64,000 nt of DNA, from positions 1,472,001 through 1,536,000 of the forward strand of contig CAXXLF010000002.1 in assembly GCA_963664015.2 (NCBI GenBank), written 5' to 3'. This stretch comes from Candidatus Binatia bacterium. Lineage in GTDB: Bacteria; Desulfobacterota; Binatia; UBA9968; CAXXLF01. The notes beneath the pieces were generated by a model that ran no database searches, was not told the DNA's origin, and saw only the letters and a list, made by a program, of their open reading frames with translations. The position numbers and the translations under genes were made by a program. Positions 10,529 to 19,776 of this stretch are shown in pieces (within the stretch, counting starts at the first letter, position 1; the number at the start of each line of letters is the position of its first letter).

Positions 10529-12742
10529 TCACCTCTTGAGCCCGGTAAAGATCTTCTCAGCATTGAGGGGCAGCGAGAGAACCCTCAAACCCACTGCGTC
10601 CTCTATGGCGTTGGCGATGGCCGCCGCCGTGGGCACATTGGCCACTTCCCCTATAGGCATGCTGTTGTACGGCCCCGGCGCAGCACTTACCGATTCAAGG
10701 ACCGAAGTCTTGAGCGGCGGGACATCGCGTATGCAGGGGATTTTATAATCTCCAAAGTTGGTGGTTATCACCTTCCCGTCTTCGAACATCAGGTGCTCCG
10801 TCAAGGCATACCCCAGCCCGAAGACGATCCCTCCCTCGATCTGGCCCTGGTGAGCAAGCGGGTTAATAACCTTTCCCGTCGTATGGGAGGAAACCAGCTG
10901 CCGCAGCTTGACCTGGCCCGTCTCGGGATCCACTTCGACCTCGGCTACCTGTGCTGCCACGGTCGAAACGTGCGGCTTTTGAGAACTCTTGTAGTATCCC
11001 CGCGCGTCGATAGGCGACCCTTTGGTCCGCACTACCTCGGCAAAGCTCATACGCCTTTTGCTCGGACGATGGACTACAAATTCGTCGGCCAGGGTTAGCT
11101 CCTCTTTTTTGACATTCAAATGCCCGGCGGCGACCGCAAGGATCTCCTCCCTGGCTTTTACGGCCGCCTCGAAGGCCGCGTTGCCGTACACCCGGGTCGC
11201 CCTGCTGCCACCCACACCGCCGTCGCTCTCGACGGTCGTCGTGTCCAGATGTTCAAACTTCATGGCCTGAGTGGAGGTTTTCAGCTCTTGGGCGATAACC
11301 CCGCAGATGACCGTGTAAGTACCGGCCCCTTGATCCACCACGGGAGAGGCTGCCGTGATAGTCCCCTTTTCATCGATCTTGACGAAGACGTTCCCTTCAC
11401 CGCCACCGGGTCCCCACTCGGCAAAGGCCAGTCCCCGGCCCACGTTCTTTGCTTTCGGCTTATGGTACCCGGACAGGACAATGGCCTTATCCAGGGCCTC
11501 CACCGCCTTGATATGCTCCATGGTCTCACCCATAGGTGAAACGTCACCGTCTCGCAGCAAGTTTTTCCGCTTGAACGCGATGGGGTCCATACCCAGCTTG
11601 CGTGCCACGATATCCATCTGACTCTCATTGGCGAAAAACCCTTGTGGATCACCGGGTGAACGCATATGGCCGCACGGGACCTTATTTGTATAAACCATCT
11701 TTTCTTCAATTCGGGTATTGGCGATCCGGTAGGGCCCTGCGCAACTCATGGCGCCGCGAAGGTAGCCGGCGGGTTTCATCGAGCCGAAGGCACCGCTGTC
11801 GAAGATAAACTCCATGTGGTGGGCGACAATGGTTCCATCCTTCCTGACTCCGGTCTCCACCTTGATGATCGAGGCGTGTCGCGGGTTGGCAGCGCTCAAC
11901 TCCTCCTCGTAGTTCATGACCACTTTGACCGGGGCGCCGCTCTTGAGTGAGAGAAAATAGGCGACGGGGATATTCATGAATCCACCCTTACCGCCAAAGT
12001 CGCCACCGATGTGGACCGGGTGGCAGACGATCTTCTCCGGAGGGATCCCCACCGCAGTGGAGAGCTGCTTGCGCACGCCAAACGGGGCCTTGGAGCAGGA
12101 CCAGATTTCTGCACCTCCGGAAGGGTCAGCCTTGACCACGCAAGCATGGGGTTCGATGTAGGACTGGTGCACGACCTGAGTCTCGAAGGTGTTTTCGACC
12201 ACCAACTCGGCTTGTTGAAAACCAGCGTCGATGTCGCCGCTCCCCCAGCAGAAGTAGGCGAACAGATTGCTTGCGGTCTCGAGCTTGGACGGGAGACCTT
12301 TATAGGAAAGTACGTCGGGGTGAATCAGCGGGGCCGTCGGGCTCATCGCCGCGACGGGATCCAGGACCGGTTCCAGTTCTTCGTATTCGACCTCGATCAG
12401 ACCGAGCGCCTGTTCCGCAGCCTCTTCCGTAACCGCGGCAACCGCCGCCACTTTGTCGCCAACAAATCGGACTACATCGTCGGCCAGGATTGGCGTGTCG
12501 TAGATCTGCCTGCCGATCCGCATCCCGGCCACGTCCTGACCGGTAACAACGCACCTGACACCGGGGACCTGGAGGGCCGCACCGATCTCTATCCGCTTGA
12601 TGCGACCGTAAGCAATCGGGCTGCGAAGGATCTTACCCCAGAGGGTCCCTGGCAATGCCACGTCCGCACTATAGACAGCGCTACCGGTAACCTTTTCTAA
12701 TCCCTCGATCTTCGGTGTGGATCGTCCAACAACCTGAGCCAT
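10529..12742 (-). CDS. Xanthine dehydrogenase family molybdopterin-binding large subunit
   Basis: KVTGSAVY, IGGDFGGKG, GVGGSRAT, AEVEVDPETG, GQIEGG, IGE motifs. Confidence 0.93.
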   Translation of the reverse strand: MAQVVGRSTPKIEGLEKVTGSAVYSADVALPGTLWGKILRSPIAYGRIKRIEIGAALQVPGVRCVVTGQDVAGMRIGRQIYDTPILADDVVRFVGDKVAAVAAVTEEAAEQALGLIEVEYEELEPVLDPVAAMSPTAPLIHPDVLSYKGLPSKLETASNLFAYFCWGSGDIDAGFQQAELVVENTFETQVVHQSYIEPHACVVKADPSGGAEIWSCSKAPFGVRKQLSTAVGIPPEKIVCHPVHIGGDFGGKGGFMNIPVAYFLSLKSGAPVKVVMNYEEELSAANPRHASIIKVETGVRKDGTIVAHHMEFIFDSGAFGSMKPAGYLRGAMSCAGPYRIANTRIEEKMVYTNKVPCGHMRSPGDPQGFFANESQMDIVARKLGMDPIAFKRKNLLRDGDVSPMGETMEHIKAVEALDKAIVLSGYHKPKAKNVGRGLAFAEWGPGGGEGNVFVKIDEKGTITAASPVVDQGAGTYTVICGVIAQELKTSTQAMKFEHLDTTTVESDGGVGGSRATRVYGNAAFEAAVKAREEILAVAAGHLNVKKEELTLADEFVVHRPSKRRMSFAEVVRTKGSPIDARGYYKSSQKPHVSTVAAQVAEVEVDPETGQVKLRQLVSSHTTGKVINPLAHQGQIEGGIVFGLGYALTEHLMFEDGKVITTNFGDYKIPCIRDVPPLKTSVLESVSAAPGPYNSMPIGEVANVPTAAAIANAIEDAVGLRVLSLPLNAEKIFTGLKR

Positions 12743-12975
12743 TTGTTTTCCTCCTGGAATAGTAATCAGTCTTCAGTTCTGAGTGATCGGTGTTTAGTGT
12801 TACGCTTCAACCGGTAGATTTCCCGTTATTATCACTCCGGCTTTACCCCGCCGGCTCTTTGATTGTCAAGATCCGTTTCACGCCTTGCGCTCTGCGCTTT
12901 TCCTTTTTCTTACCTGATCGCTGAAAGCTGACGGCTGACAGCTAAATTCCTCAGCACTATGACCTGTCCTGGTAT

Positions 12976-13004
12976 TTGACAGTCCATCGGTGGGGTAATA
13001 GACT
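12976..13004 (+). promoter_or_regulatory. Sigma70-type promoter
   Basis: TTGACA-N17-TAGACT upstream of the hydrolase start at 13051. Confidence 0.65.
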
Positions 13005-13050
13005 GCGGCCCAATTCAGCAAACCGATTCATCGTACGATGGGAGGACGCT

Positions 13051-14148
13051 ATGGCAAAGGACATGAAGACCGAAGGAAAGCCCGATGTGAAGCTCCAGGT
13101 GGCGCGCGCAAGCTGGGGACCACGCTACAATGCTGCCGGCATTCCCAGCGCGGACTTCGAAGAGGTCTCCCAATCCATTGACCGCTGGGACGATTGGTGC
13201 AAGGCCTGGTCCGAGCGCGGCGCCGTCCATGAAAAGATCGGGCGCGAAGCCCTCGCCAAAGGGTACAAGTTAAGCGCAGGTCGCCACCTGACCACAGCGG
13301 CGCTCTGCTATCACTTCGCAAAGTGTATGTTCGTGGACGATATGAACCAGCTACGCGCGGCCCACAAAAAGGCCGTAGAGTGCCGCACCCTGGCGATGCC
13401 CTACCTCGATCCCCCGGGTGAGCGCATAGAGATTCCGTACGAGGGCAAGTTCCTTGCAGGTAACCTGCGCAGGCCCGCCGGCCAGCCACAGCCGCCCGTG
13501 GTCGTAATTATCTCCGGTATGGACTCGTGCAAGGAAGAACACCACAACGTAGAGCAGGTCTTTCTCGAGCGCGGCATGGCGACCTTCGCCTTTGACGGAC
13601 CTGGCCAGGGCGAGGCCGAATACGACTTTCCGGTACGCCACGACTTCGAGGTGCCCGCCGGCGTGGTCTTCGACTGGATCGAAACCAGAAAAGACCTCGA
13701 TGCCGGCCGTATCGGTGTCCTGGGAGGCAGCATGGGCGGGTACTACGCAGCGCGGGTGGCGGCTTGTGAAAAGCGGGTCAAGGCCTGCATCGCTGCTAGC
13801 GGCGCCTTCAGCGTCCTGGAGAACTTCGATCCACGACCCCCGACCCTGAAGGACGTTTACAAGCTGCGCACGCACTCCAAGACCGTGGAAGAAGCACGCG
13901 AAAAGATCAAGGCCTTTAGCCTCGAGGCAGTGGCCAAGAATATCACCTGCCCGATCCTGGTTATCGCCGCCAAGGAAGACAAGATCACGCGCTGGCAGGA
14001 CGGTGAGAGGCTATCACGCGAGGTGTCGGGTCCGGCCAAGTTCCTACTTATCGAGGGGGCCAACCACGTGGCCATGAACCGCACCTATCGCCACTGGACG
14101 CAATCCGCAGACTGGATGGCAGACCAGATGGACCTTCCGAAGCGGTAA
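13051..14148 (+). CDS. Alpha/beta hydrolase, 2,6-dihydropseudooxynicotine hydrolase/FrsA-like
   Basis: GMDSCKEE, FDGPGQGE, GGSMGG nucleophile elbow, GANH; GGAGG RBS before ATG 13051. Confidence 0.88.
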   Translation: MAKDMKTEGKPDVKLQVARASWGPRYNAAGIPSADFEEVSQSIDRWDDWCKAWSERGAVHEKIGREALAKGYKLSAGRHLTTAALCYHFAKCMFVDDMNQLRAAHKKAVECRTLAMPYLDPPGERIEIPYEGKFLAGNLRRPAGQPQPPVVVIISGMDSCKEEHHNVEQVFLERGMATFAFDGPGQGEAEYDFPVRHDFEVPAGVVFDWIETRKDLDAGRIGVLGGSMGGYYAARVAACEKRVKACIAASGAFSVLENFDPRPPTLKDVYKLRTHSKTVEEAREKIKAFSLEAVAKNITCPILVIAAKEDKITRWQDGERLSREVSGPAKFLLIEGANHVAMNRTYRHWTQSADWMADQMDLPKR

Positions 14149-14159
14149 AATACAATCGG

Positions 14160-14640
14160 CTCTTAGCTGTCAGCCTGACCGAGCCAGAGGTCGGCGATCA
14201 GAAGTCAGAGAGCAGAGGGCGGATGTCGGAAACACTGCAAAGGGCAACACGCAAAGCACGCCAAATAGAGAATTCGGGACTCGAAAACTGGGAACTGCGC
14301 CCTGATAACTGATAACTAGACTCCCTCAGTACTCAGCACTCGTTACTCAGTACTGACCTGCTGATCACTGATACCTGAACTCTTACCCATGATCTCTGAC
14401 TTCCGACCCCTGATATCTGATCTCTGACTTGCTGCATACCACCTGCTGTCTTTCTATGTTCTGGCTCTGTCCCTATCTCTATCTCTGTCCGTTCGTAGTC
14501 CCGTAGTGGGTAGTCCGTGGTCTCTTCCTGCTTTGCATCGCTGACGGCTGACAGCTAATTGCTCTTTGCCCTTAGCTCTATGCGCTTTGCTTCTTTCTTT
14601 GCTGACCTCCGACCTCTGGCCCTTGCCCTCTGCTCCTAGC
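14160..14640. repeat. Mosaic intergenic repeat tract with nested inverted modules
   Basis: ccagaggtcgg..gagcagagggc on the left pairs with ccgacctctgg..gccctctgctc on the right; heptamer runs ctgataa, actcagt, ctctgac, cgtagtc inside. Confidence 0.7.
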
Positions 14641-14646
14641 CCCCCG

Positions 14647-14674
14647 TTGACACATAGCATCGCCGTGTTAGACT
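14647..14674 (+). promoter_or_regulatory. Sigma70-type promoter, possibly giving a near-leaderless transcript
   Basis: TTGACA-N16-TAGACT ends 9 nt before ATG 14684; no SD sequence in between. Confidence 0.55.
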
Positions 14675-14683
14675 ACCTCCGTT

Positions 14684-15781
14684 ATGTCCATCGACACGGG
14701 TTTATACGAACGGACCTTTCGCGGTACTACGGTTGGAGCCACGGAGAATGTCCTCTTCTCCTCCGACTCCCATGTCATAGAGCCCCAGGAGGCCGTACAG
14801 AGCCGCGTAGCCAAAGCCTTCCAGGACCGTGCTCCTCGCTTTCCCGAGCTGAAGACTGGAGAGGGGTTTCAGACCCACCCCGGCGGGTCGGACCCTCGGC
14901 TACGCATCAAGGAGATGGCGACCGACGGTGTCAGCGCCGAGGTCCTCTACCCCACCCATGCACTGAGTATCTTTGCCATGGATGACGCCCCCCTCCAGGA
15001 GGAGTGCTGCCGGGCGTACAACGATTGGCTGATCGAGTACTGCCAGGTCGACACGAGCCGACTGGTCGGCATCCCGATGATCTCGACTTACAACATGGAC
15101 AATGCGGTCAAAGAGCTCGAACGGTGCGCCAAGACGGGTCTCCGCGGCGCCCTGGTCTGGCAGGTCCCGCCCAAAGAGATCGCCTTTACCACCGAGCACT
15201 ACGAGCGGTTCTGGGCTGCGGCCCAGGAACTTCAGATGCCGGTGAACCTCCACATCCTGTCCGGGTTCGGCTACGCGAGGAACCGTGAGGGCCGCGAGAA
15301 GGGCGTCGAACGCTACCGGGCCAGTGTGAACCTCAAACTGGCAGAGGCCACCAACGCATTGATGGACGTGATCTTTTCCGGGGTACTGGAGCGCTACCCG
15401 CGACTCAAAGTCGTCCTGGTAGAAAACGAGATCGGCTGGTTGCCCTATGTCCTTGAGCAGTGGGACTACTACTTTGGCCGCCACAGTCCAAGTGCGCCTT
15501 TGACCATCGACAAGCGTCCCAGCGAGTACTTCAACCGACAGGTCTTCGCGACCTTCTTCAACGACTCGGTCGGCGCCCATCTCTTCTCCTGGTGGGGCGT
15601 GGACAACTGCATGTGGTCCAACGACTACCCCCACGCTAATTCGACCTGGCCCCACTCGCGGGAGGTGATCGCACGGGACCTGGGACACCTTCCTCCCGAG
15701 GCCCGCGCCAAGCTCGTCCGCGAGAATGTCGCCCGCCTGTACAATATGTCCATCCCCGAGCCTCTGGCGACCACCAGCTAG
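14684..15781 (+). CDS. Amidohydrolase family 2 protein
   Basis: SSDSHVIEP, RAYNDWL, GVLERYPRLK..VENEIGW, WSNDYPH. Confidence 0.9.
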   Translation: MSIDTGLYERTFRGTTVGATENVLFSSDSHVIEPQEAVQSRVAKAFQDRAPRFPELKTGEGFQTHPGGSDPRLRIKEMATDGVSAEVLYPTHALSIFAMDDAPLQEECCRAYNDWLIEYCQVDTSRLVGIPMISTYNMDNAVKELERCAKTGLRGALVWQVPPKEIAFTTEHYERFWAAAQELQMPVNLHILSGFGYARNREGREKGVERYRASVNLKLAEATNALMDVIFSGVLERYPRLKVVLVENEIGWLPYVLEQWDYYFGRHSPSAPLTIDKRPSEYFNRQVFATFFNDSVGAHLFSWWGVDNCMWSNDYPHANSTWPHSREVIARDLGHLPPEARAKLVRENVARLYNMSIPEPLATTS

Positions 15782-15912
15782 TGTTTAGTTCTCAGTAATC
15801 AGTTTTCAGTATTAAAGTTCGAATTGCTTCCTGATGCTACAATCCTATACCTGCTCCAAGGTTGGTGCAGATTGGTGGGGAATGAAAATTAAAACGTTTA
15901 AGGATTAAAGGA

Positions 15913-16122
15913 ATGCCCGGGAAATGCACACAATGTGGATCGAGGACCTACCTGGGTCGAACCACGATACAAACCGACCTACTTGAGATCCGCAACGTCC
16001 CCTGCACCGCTTGCCAAGAATGCGGGAATGAGGAGATAGGACATCAGGTTCAGAGTAGAATCGACAAGCTAGTGGAACGATCAGGCAAAGGAAAACTAAA
16101 GGATCGAGTAGTGACAATGTAA
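15913..16122 (+). CDS. YgiT-type (MqsA N-terminal-like) zinc finger protein
   Basis: CTQCG...IRNVPCTACQECGNE pattern. Confidence 0.8.
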   Translation: MPGKCTQCGSRTYLGRTTIQTDLLEIRNVPCTACQECGNEEIGHQVQSRIDKLVERSGKGKLKDRVVTM

Positions 16123-16216
16123 GGGGTTACGGCGAGATCCCTTTAATCTTAGATGACGGCTAACAGCCTTCTTGGGTTTTTTTCCTTTTTACTTTTTACT
16201 TTCGCCTTGCCAACTA

Positions 16217-17728
16217 CTACACCCCCATCGTACTCACCGGGGGTCTTCGGTGCTGGGTTGCCTGCTCGTAAGAGTAAGCCAACTTGATCATAGTTCCATC
16301 ATCGTAGGGCCTTCCGAGAAAGCATAAACCGGCAGGAAGGTGGTCCCGCGTGAATCCCGCTGGGACAACGATGGAGGGAACGAATACCACGAAGGTGTTT
16401 AGCTGGGCCACCCCCTTGGTATCCACGTAAGGCGGATTGATCCCCTCGCTAATCAGTGTGGGCTGATGCTCCACGGCCTTGTGTACGATGGCGTCCAGCC
16501 GATTATCCGCCATAACCTTTAATAAATCGGTCATCAATTCCTCTCGTACCTTCAGGTACTCGTAGTGCCTGGTCTCATTTGACGATGATGCCCACCTATC
16601 CCGTGAGCGTTTGTTCACCTGTTCGAACTTCGGGGACTGCATGACCTCATCCTGGGACTTGAATGGAGGATTCTTGCTCCTACCGAAGTACACCTCGAAG
16701 GACTCCCTCCCCCCACCAGGGCCTCCCGCCCGTTTTGTAAGCGCCTCTTTTATACTTGGAATGACGATGGGGTCAACGAGCTCGGCACCGGCGGCCTTCA
16801 GTTCGTCTAGCGCGTGATCGAAAACCTCCGTGATCTTTTTGAAGTCTTCCGAATCCGGCTCGGACCCGATCCCTATGGGTTCGCGCAAAACTCCGATACG
16901 GGCTCCCGACAAGCCGCTGTTATCGAGATATTCTGTGTAGCTCTCGGGGATATGCCCCACACCCCTTGCGGTTAACGGGTCTTCCGGATCGTAGCCCACC
17001 ATGACGTCCAATAGAGAGGCCAGGTCTCTGACCGTACGGGCCATGGGGCCGAGCGAACCGTTGATATCCGGCCAGCCCGCGTAGACACCGCCGCGGCTCA
17101 CCAAGCCGGCCGTAGGTCTCATCCCCACGATGGAGTTCCAGGTCGAGGGCCTGCGGATGGATGCCATACCCTCCTGTCCAACGGCTACCGTTGAAAAGTT
17201 CGCTGCAACACTCGCCGCGGAACCGCCGGAGGAACCTCCGACCGTTCGATCCAGTGCATAAGGGTTCCGGGTGGATCCGAAGAGGGACCCATGAGTGTCC
17301 CCACCACCCAATTCTCCCAGCGTGGCTTTTCCCAATAGTATCGCCCCGGCCCCTTTCAGCTTCTCCGCTACAAAAGAATCTCGATCCGGGTAGTAGTCCT
17401 CGAACAGGACCGAGCCCAGGGTCGTTGGCATGCCCTTGGCGTCGAACTGATCCTTGAGGATGACGGGTATCCCATGCAGCGAACCCACCAGACCCTTCGT
17501 CTTGAATGCGGCATCGAGCCGATCGGCCTCCTCAAGGGCCTTGGAGTTCAACGTGATAATCGCGTTAAGGGCGGGGCCCTTCTTGTTGTACTCCTCTATA
17601 CGATCCAGATACATCTGGACCAGTTGGCGCGCTGTGAGCCGCTCCGATTTATAGGCGCTATGGATATCCGCTATGGTCGCCTCAAGGATGCGAAAGGGTA
17701 CTATTGCTTTCCCAGCATTTACAGCCAT
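16217..17728 (-). CDS. Amidase signature family protein
   Basis: LHGIPVILKD (catalytic Lys), TRNPY, GGSSGGS, SIRRPS; GAGGAGG RBS before ATG 17728. Confidence 0.92.
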   Translation of the reverse strand: MAVNAGKAIVPFRILEATIADIHSAYKSERLTARQLVQMYLDRIEEYNKKGPALNAIITLNSKALEEADRLDAAFKTKGLVGSLHGIPVILKDQFDAKGMPTTLGSVLFEDYYPDRDSFVAEKLKGAGAILLGKATLGELGGGDTHGSLFGSTRNPYALDRTVGGSSGGSAASVAANFSTVAVGQEGMASIRRPSTWNSIVGMRPTAGLVSRGGVYAGWPDINGSLGPMARTVRDLASLLDVMVGYDPEDPLTARGVGHIPESYTEYLDNSGLSGARIGVLREPIGIGSEPDSEDFKKITEVFDHALDELKAAGAELVDPIVIPSIKEALTKRAGGPGGGRESFEVYFGRSKNPPFKSQDEVMQSPKFEQVNKRSRDRWASSSNETRHYEYLKVREELMTDLLKVMADNRLDAIVHKAVEHQPTLISEGINPPYVDTKGVAQLNTFVVFVPSIVVPAGFTRDHLPAGLCFLGRPYDDGTMIKLAYSYEQATQHRRPPVSTMGV

Positions 17729-17875
17729 TGAACCCTCCTCATTTTTGTTGGCCAATTTCACGCCATCCATAGTTCAATCACCAACAAAAGTCCACCTCCC
17801 TTACCACCTTGGCATATTTCCTGCCTCTCATGTTCCAGATAGCGGAAGTAACGCCATTCATAGGGAGATTTGTTT

Positions 17876-18082
17876 ATGGGACGTCAGAAAAATCTATCAG
17901 ACCAGGATCCGGCACGTACAAAAATGCCCGAGCAGACAAGGCTCGGCTAGAAGTGGGATTCGACAAAAGACCGCCTGGCAGCCGCCATTAGTGATTTAGA
18001 GGAAAAAGATACTTCAGAAATTCCCGAGGATTTACTAGCCCTCGAAAAACTTCTCTACGGCAACCGTAATAAGGAGGAGTAA
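17876..18082 (+). pseudogene. Small hypothetical ORF interrupted by an in-frame TAG
   Basis: GGGAG RBS; MGRQKNLSDQDPARTKMPEQTRLG*KWDSTKDRLAAAISDLEEKDTSEIPEDLLALEKLLYGNRNKEE*. Confidence 0.35.
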
Positions 18083-18356
18083 CCACGGGCATGGGGTGGT
18101 CTCAGATTGCGCCCAGCGTCTCGAGACATCACACTCCCGATCGTTAAAAAGTGGCCCGCCCTATTTTTTTGATTATCTGTAATCCTGAAGTGTATAGACC
18201 CTTAGCTCTTAACTGAGAACCGACAACGGATAGCTATCTTCCTGCCCACTGCGTTCTTCGATGCAAAATTAATTATCTCCGATAATCGGCGTGAATCTGC
18301 GGCTGGGAACTCTTAACGCTTTGCCTTTTTACTTTTTCCTTTTAACTTGCGCAGCT

Positions 18357-19403
18357 CTATCCCCTTTGCTGCGCTTCCACCCCCACAACCGTCTCCGCCT
18401 CGGCCAGCCCCGGATAAAACCGCCGGGCATTTTCTCCAAGGAGGTTGCGCTTGTTCTGGTCGGTAAGATCGTCTCGCTCCACCATGGTCTTCGTAGCATT
18501 GGGGAACTCGCCGTCCCAGTGGGGGTAATCCGATGAAAACATCAGAGTCTCGTCGGTCCCCATATACCTGATCACGACAGGCAACATCCACTCCCCCGAC
18601 TCGATCCCGAAGAACATGCGCCCTTCGCGAAAATACTCGGTCGGTTTCTTCGTGAGCAGTGGCGCCTCATGGGGTCTCCTCTTGTACTCCTCATCCATCC
18701 GTTCCGCCATGGAGGGTACCCAACCTGCCAGGCCCTCGAGAAACCCCACCTTCAAGCGCGGGAATTTATCCAGCACCCCGCAGTAGACAACCATCAGGGT
18801 CGAGCATATCTGCTCATGGGTATGACCTATGTGTGCTCCGCTAGATAAGGTGTCGAATCGATCGAGTTCCGATCCCGAGGCATGAAATGCGATGGGCACG
18901 TTGTACTGCTGAGCACAGGCATAGAGCTCGTCGTAACAGGTTTCGCCCACGTGGTGATTGTAAACCGTCGTGTGCGCCATGCCCCCGATAAACCCCAGTT
19001 GGGTCACCGCCCGCTCCAGTTCCCGTGCAGCCTTATCCGGCTCTATCATCGCCAAAGCCGCTACCCCTTTCAATCGTTTGGGATCGTGACGGCAAAAATC
19101 CGCCAGCCAATCGTTGTAGGCACGATGAAGCTCGACGCACAGCTCGCGTTCCTTGATCCTCCACATTCCGAGCGTTCCCGTCCCGTAAAGCGTCATGATA
19201 TCGATCCCCTCGACGTCCATATCCTCAATCTGTATGGCAGGATCTTTGTGGTGCTTGCCGTATTTTCCCCCCTGGCTCCTGTCCACGTTACTGCGGGGCA
19301 AGAGAGGCCGGTTGCGAAGCTGCGGAGCCATATAGGGTTTCAACGCTGCCTCGTCGTCACAGACATGACCGTCCGCATCGATAATAAAATATCCGTTTTT
19401 CAT
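18357..19403 (-). CDS. Amidohydrolase family 2 protein
   Basis: IIDADGH, RAYNDWL, GFLEGLAGW, SSDYPHWD; AAGGA RBS. Confidence 0.9.
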   Translation of the reverse strand: MKNGYFIIDADGHVCDDEAALKPYMAPQLRNRPLLPRSNVDRSQGGKYGKHHKDPAIQIEDMDVEGIDIMTLYGTGTLGMWRIKERELCVELHRAYNDWLADFCRHDPKRLKGVAALAMIEPDKAARELERAVTQLGFIGGMAHTTVYNHHVGETCYDELYACAQQYNVPIAFHASGSELDRFDTLSSGAHIGHTHEQICSTLMVVYCGVLDKFPRLKVGFLEGLAGWVPSMAERMDEEYKRRPHEAPLLTKKPTEYFREGRMFFGIESGEWMLPVVIRYMGTDETLMFSSDYPHWDGEFPNATKTMVERDDLTDQNKRNLLGENARRFYPGLAEAETVVGVEAQQRG

Positions 19404-19582
19404 AGGAAAACTTTCCTTTCCGAATTCAGAACGCCGGATCTCCCTCGGCTCGAAAGTTTTAGACTCACCGCACCCCCCCCCCCGATCAACCACCCCTATT
19501 ATCTTTAAGCCCCTCCCCTTGTCAATGCCCCCATCCGCCGACTCCCCCCACCCTCTGCCCGCTGCGCTCCGCCGTAAACAAA

Positions 19583-19691
19583 TGATTATCTGCGTTAGCC
19601 GGCGTAAATCTGCGGTTAAAAACTCTTAACCCTCTGATTCTCTTACCTCCGACAACGATTTTTACCTTTTTACTTTTCCCTTTTAACTTGC
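19583..19691. repeat. About 110-bp dispersed repeat, inverted copy near 30496-30605
   Basis: aatctgcggttaaaaactcttaaccctc..cgacaacgatttttacctttttacttttcccttttaacttgc is nearly the exact reverse complement of 30496-30585. Confidence 0.85.
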
Positions 19692-19715
19692 TTAACTTGC
19701 CATTCGCCCTGCGCC

Positions 19716-19744
19716 TTGACAGCGTAGGGGCACGGTTATAGCCT
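19716..19744 (+). promoter_or_regulatory. Sigma70-type promoter
   Basis: TTGACA-N17-TAGCCT upstream of 19777. Confidence 0.6.
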
Positions 19745-19776
19745 CGGCGTTGGGCCCCAAGGATCGGAGGGAATAA

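Noticed and set aside
10529-12742. Aerobic CO dehydrogenase CoxL
   Set aside because: It lacks the AYxCSFR and AYxGAGR loops and has no coxMS neighbours.
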